Positions 62,097-64,000 of a stretch of 64,000 nucleotides of DNA are shown piece by piece. Position numbers and translations under genes: made by a program. Each line of letters starts with the position of its first letter. The first letter of the stretch is position 1. The notes under the pieces are model-generated. The model saw only the letters and a list, made by a program, of their open reading frames with translations. It did no database searches and was not told where the DNA came from. This stretch comes from a bacterium (GTDB lineage Bacteria; UBA8248; JACPRG01; G963555815): the NCBI GenBank assembly GCA_965218795.1, contig OZ244653.1, positions 928,001 to 992,000 on the forward strand, written 5' to 3'.

Positions 62097-63389
62097 TTGC
62101 TCGAAGGTCAAGCCGCACCGGTCGCCGACGGAAAACGCAAGGTCCCCGTTCCGCGTGGAGCCCAGCACAGGGACTTCACACGGGACATGCTGGGCTTCTG
62201 CCGTGTCCTCCGAGAGAGGCAGGTGAAGGTCACGACAGGCCGGGTGCTGGATCTGTACAAGAGCCTTCAGCTCATCGACATGGCCCAGAAGGATGACTTC
62301 CGGTCGGCCTCCCGGGCCAACCTCGTTTCCAGCTACGACGAGCTGAAGGTATTCGACGAGGTGTTCAATGAGTATTGGGGCATCGAGCACGATGAGGAGT
62401 TCCCCGAAGGATTGGAAGGATGCGGCCCGGAGAGCGAGCCCCCGCCCATGGATATGGACGGATGCGGACCGGAGGGCGAAGACCAGGGTCAGGAAGGCGA
62501 TCAGGAAGGTACCGAGGAAGAAGGAGAAGGCCAGGGCGAAGAGGAAGAGCTTTTCATGCTGGACGACGAGGAGGGCGCGGAAGGGGAAGAGGGCGATGAA
62601 TCCGGAGAAGAGGACAACCTTCCCAGCTACAGCCCCTTTGAAGTGCTTTCCGTCAAGGATTTCGGGAACATCAAGGATGAAGAAGTCGTCGAAATTCGCA
62701 AGCTCATCGCCGAGCTGGCTCCGAAGCTCGCAACGCGGCTCAGCCGGAGAAAAACCGCAACGCCTCAAAAGAAGCTGGTCGATATGCGGCGGACCATTCG
62801 GAAAAATCTCCGGTTCGGCGGCGAAATCGTCAACCTGTTTCACCGCAAGCAGAAGATCAAAAAGAACGACCTGGTCCTGTTATGCGACGTGAGCGGTTCG
62901 ATGGACGCGTACAGCCAGTTCCTGGTCCAGTTCATCTACGGCCTGCAGAGCGAGATCAAGAACATCCAGACGGCGGTCTTCAGCACGCGCCTGACCATCG
63001 CCACCCCGCACCTGAAAGAACGGGATCTCTACAAGGCGCTCGCCCGTCTGGCCGAAAAGGTGCACGACTGGTCGGGCGGCACCAACATCGGCGGATGCCT
63101 GAAGACATTCAACGAGCGCTGGGGGACCATGATGGTCTCCAAGCGGACGATTGTCATCATCATCAGCGACGGGTGGGACCGGGGCGAGATCGATGTCCTG
63201 GAACGCGAGATGCGGCGCCTGAAGAGCCGGGCCCGTCGGGTGATCTGGCTCAACCCCCTGCTGGGCAGTCCCGGGTACAAACCCATTGATCGGGGGATGC
63301 GCACCGCCCTTCCGTATCTGGACCAGTTCCTTCCCGCGCATAATCTGAAGTCCCTGACCGTCCTGGCGGAATCTCTGAGCCTCGAATAA
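62097..63389 (+). CDS. VWA-domain protein (CoxE-like) with acidic linker
   Basis: MIDAS DVSGSM, FSTRL, WSGGT.IG, SDGWD and WLNPL motifs; Glu/Gly-rich stretch. Confidence 0.9.
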   Translation: MLEGQAAPVADGKRKVPVPRGAQHRDFTRDMLGFCRVLRERQVKVTTGRVLDLYKSLQLIDMAQKDDFRSASRANLVSSYDELKVFDEVFNEYWGIEHDEEFPEGLEGCGPESEPPPMDMDGCGPEGEDQGQEGDQEGTEEEGEGQGEEEELFMLDDEEGAEGEEGDESGEEDNLPSYSPFEVLSVKDFGNIKDEEVVEIRKLIAELAPKLATRLSRRKTATPQKKLVDMRRTIRKNLRFGGEIVNLFHRKQKIKKNDLVLLCDVSGSMDAYSQFLVQFIYGLQSEIKNIQTAVFSTRLTIATPHLKERDLYKALARLAEKVHDWSGGTNIGGCLKTFNERWGTMMVSKRTIVIIISDGWDRGEIDVLEREMRRLKSRARRVIWLNPLLGSPGYKPIDRGMRTALPYLDQFLPAHNLKSLTVLAESLSLE

Positions 63390-63643
63390 CCCTCCCGCCG
63401 CTTTCAGGCGATTGGGTAGAAGCGAACTTGACGGCAACTACATTTTCCTCTACCGCTGCGTAGGCGCTGATACAGTATGAATAGAAGGCAACGATAGAGG
63501 ACTCACAACAAGGGGATAGAATAAAGGGTTGTTAGTGGGCGGTGCATGTGTGTACACTGCATCGCCTTTTGGCGATACCTGGAAATCCCTAACTCCAAGA
63601 GTGAGACCATGGTGCAGCATGTGACACGCAAGCAGAAATCAAG

Positions 63644-63820
63644 ATGAAGGTCTTCGGCATGTCCATTTCCCCATTTCGCCTCGTGACGAAATATCTGGAA
63701 GGCGCCTTTCACATCGAGGAAAGCCGCCTCTATGTCAGCCGCGGGCTTGGCACAACGGGAATTCCCGTCCGGATCGGATCGCGCCCCGAACTCACCGCCA
63801 TCCGCCTCATTCGCGCTTGA
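63644..63820 (+). pseudogene. 3' remnant of a YkuE-like metallophosphoesterase
   Basis: Own translation gives KYLEGAFHIEESRLYVSRGLGTTGIPVRIGSRPE; upstream catalytic motifs absent. Confidence 0.6.
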
Positions 63821-63886
63821 ATCGAGAAAAGCCGCCACTCCGACTCGAAGCGACGGTCTCTCTGACCGGTTGCGCTGATTGACGGT

Positions 63887-64000
63887 TCAGACCGGCCAGC
63901 TCTCCAGCCTGTTGGACATATCCCAAAAGAGATACTCATAGCGGCTGCTCGTCAGGAATATCTCGGTCAGCGACTGTTTCCGGTCGTTCGGCAGGTCGCC
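63887..64000 (-). CDS. tenA: TenA/thiaminase II family, C-terminal end (gene starts beyond window)
   Basis: Own translation gives ...IFLTSSRYEYLFWDMSNRLESWPV*, typical of the TenA C-terminus. Confidence 0.72.
   Translation of the reverse strand, partial: GDLPNDRKQSLTEIFLTSSRYEYLFWDMSNRLESWPV

Overview
GC-rich bacterial chromosomal window (likely an uncultured, possibly host-associated lineage; this is inferred, not shown) dominated by heteroaromatic and N-compound catabolism. It contains a hydantoinase/oxoprolinase pair, an hmf-like furoate/heteroaromatic-CoA cluster (UbiD, CoA ligase, crotonase, Mo-hydroxylase L/M/S), a TRAP transporter with rutD/rutC/rutB-like and cyclic amidohydrolase genes, a secreted ankyrin-repeat protein, a fragmented CoxL-like gene, CoA-transferase, a decayed integrase islet, asd-leuB, three tandem UbiD paralogues (the middle one lacking catalytic motifs), mtaB with a SAM hydrolase, and coxM-coxS-coxD-coxE without coxL. 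The most unusual feature is a ~770-bp AT-rich cassette (16724-17492). It is bounded by ~70-bp imperfect inverted repeats, each holding a sigma70-like promoter and two NrdR-box-like motifs, and it carries only a small zinc-ribbon ORF followed directly by a degenerate tRNA(GCA)-like gene. Other oddities are a sharply bounded G/T-skewed codon tract over coxM-coxS, two families of REP-like palindromes, and a single homopolymer frameshift in asd suggesting some indels are sequencing errors. All protein calls come from motif recognition, with no database searches.
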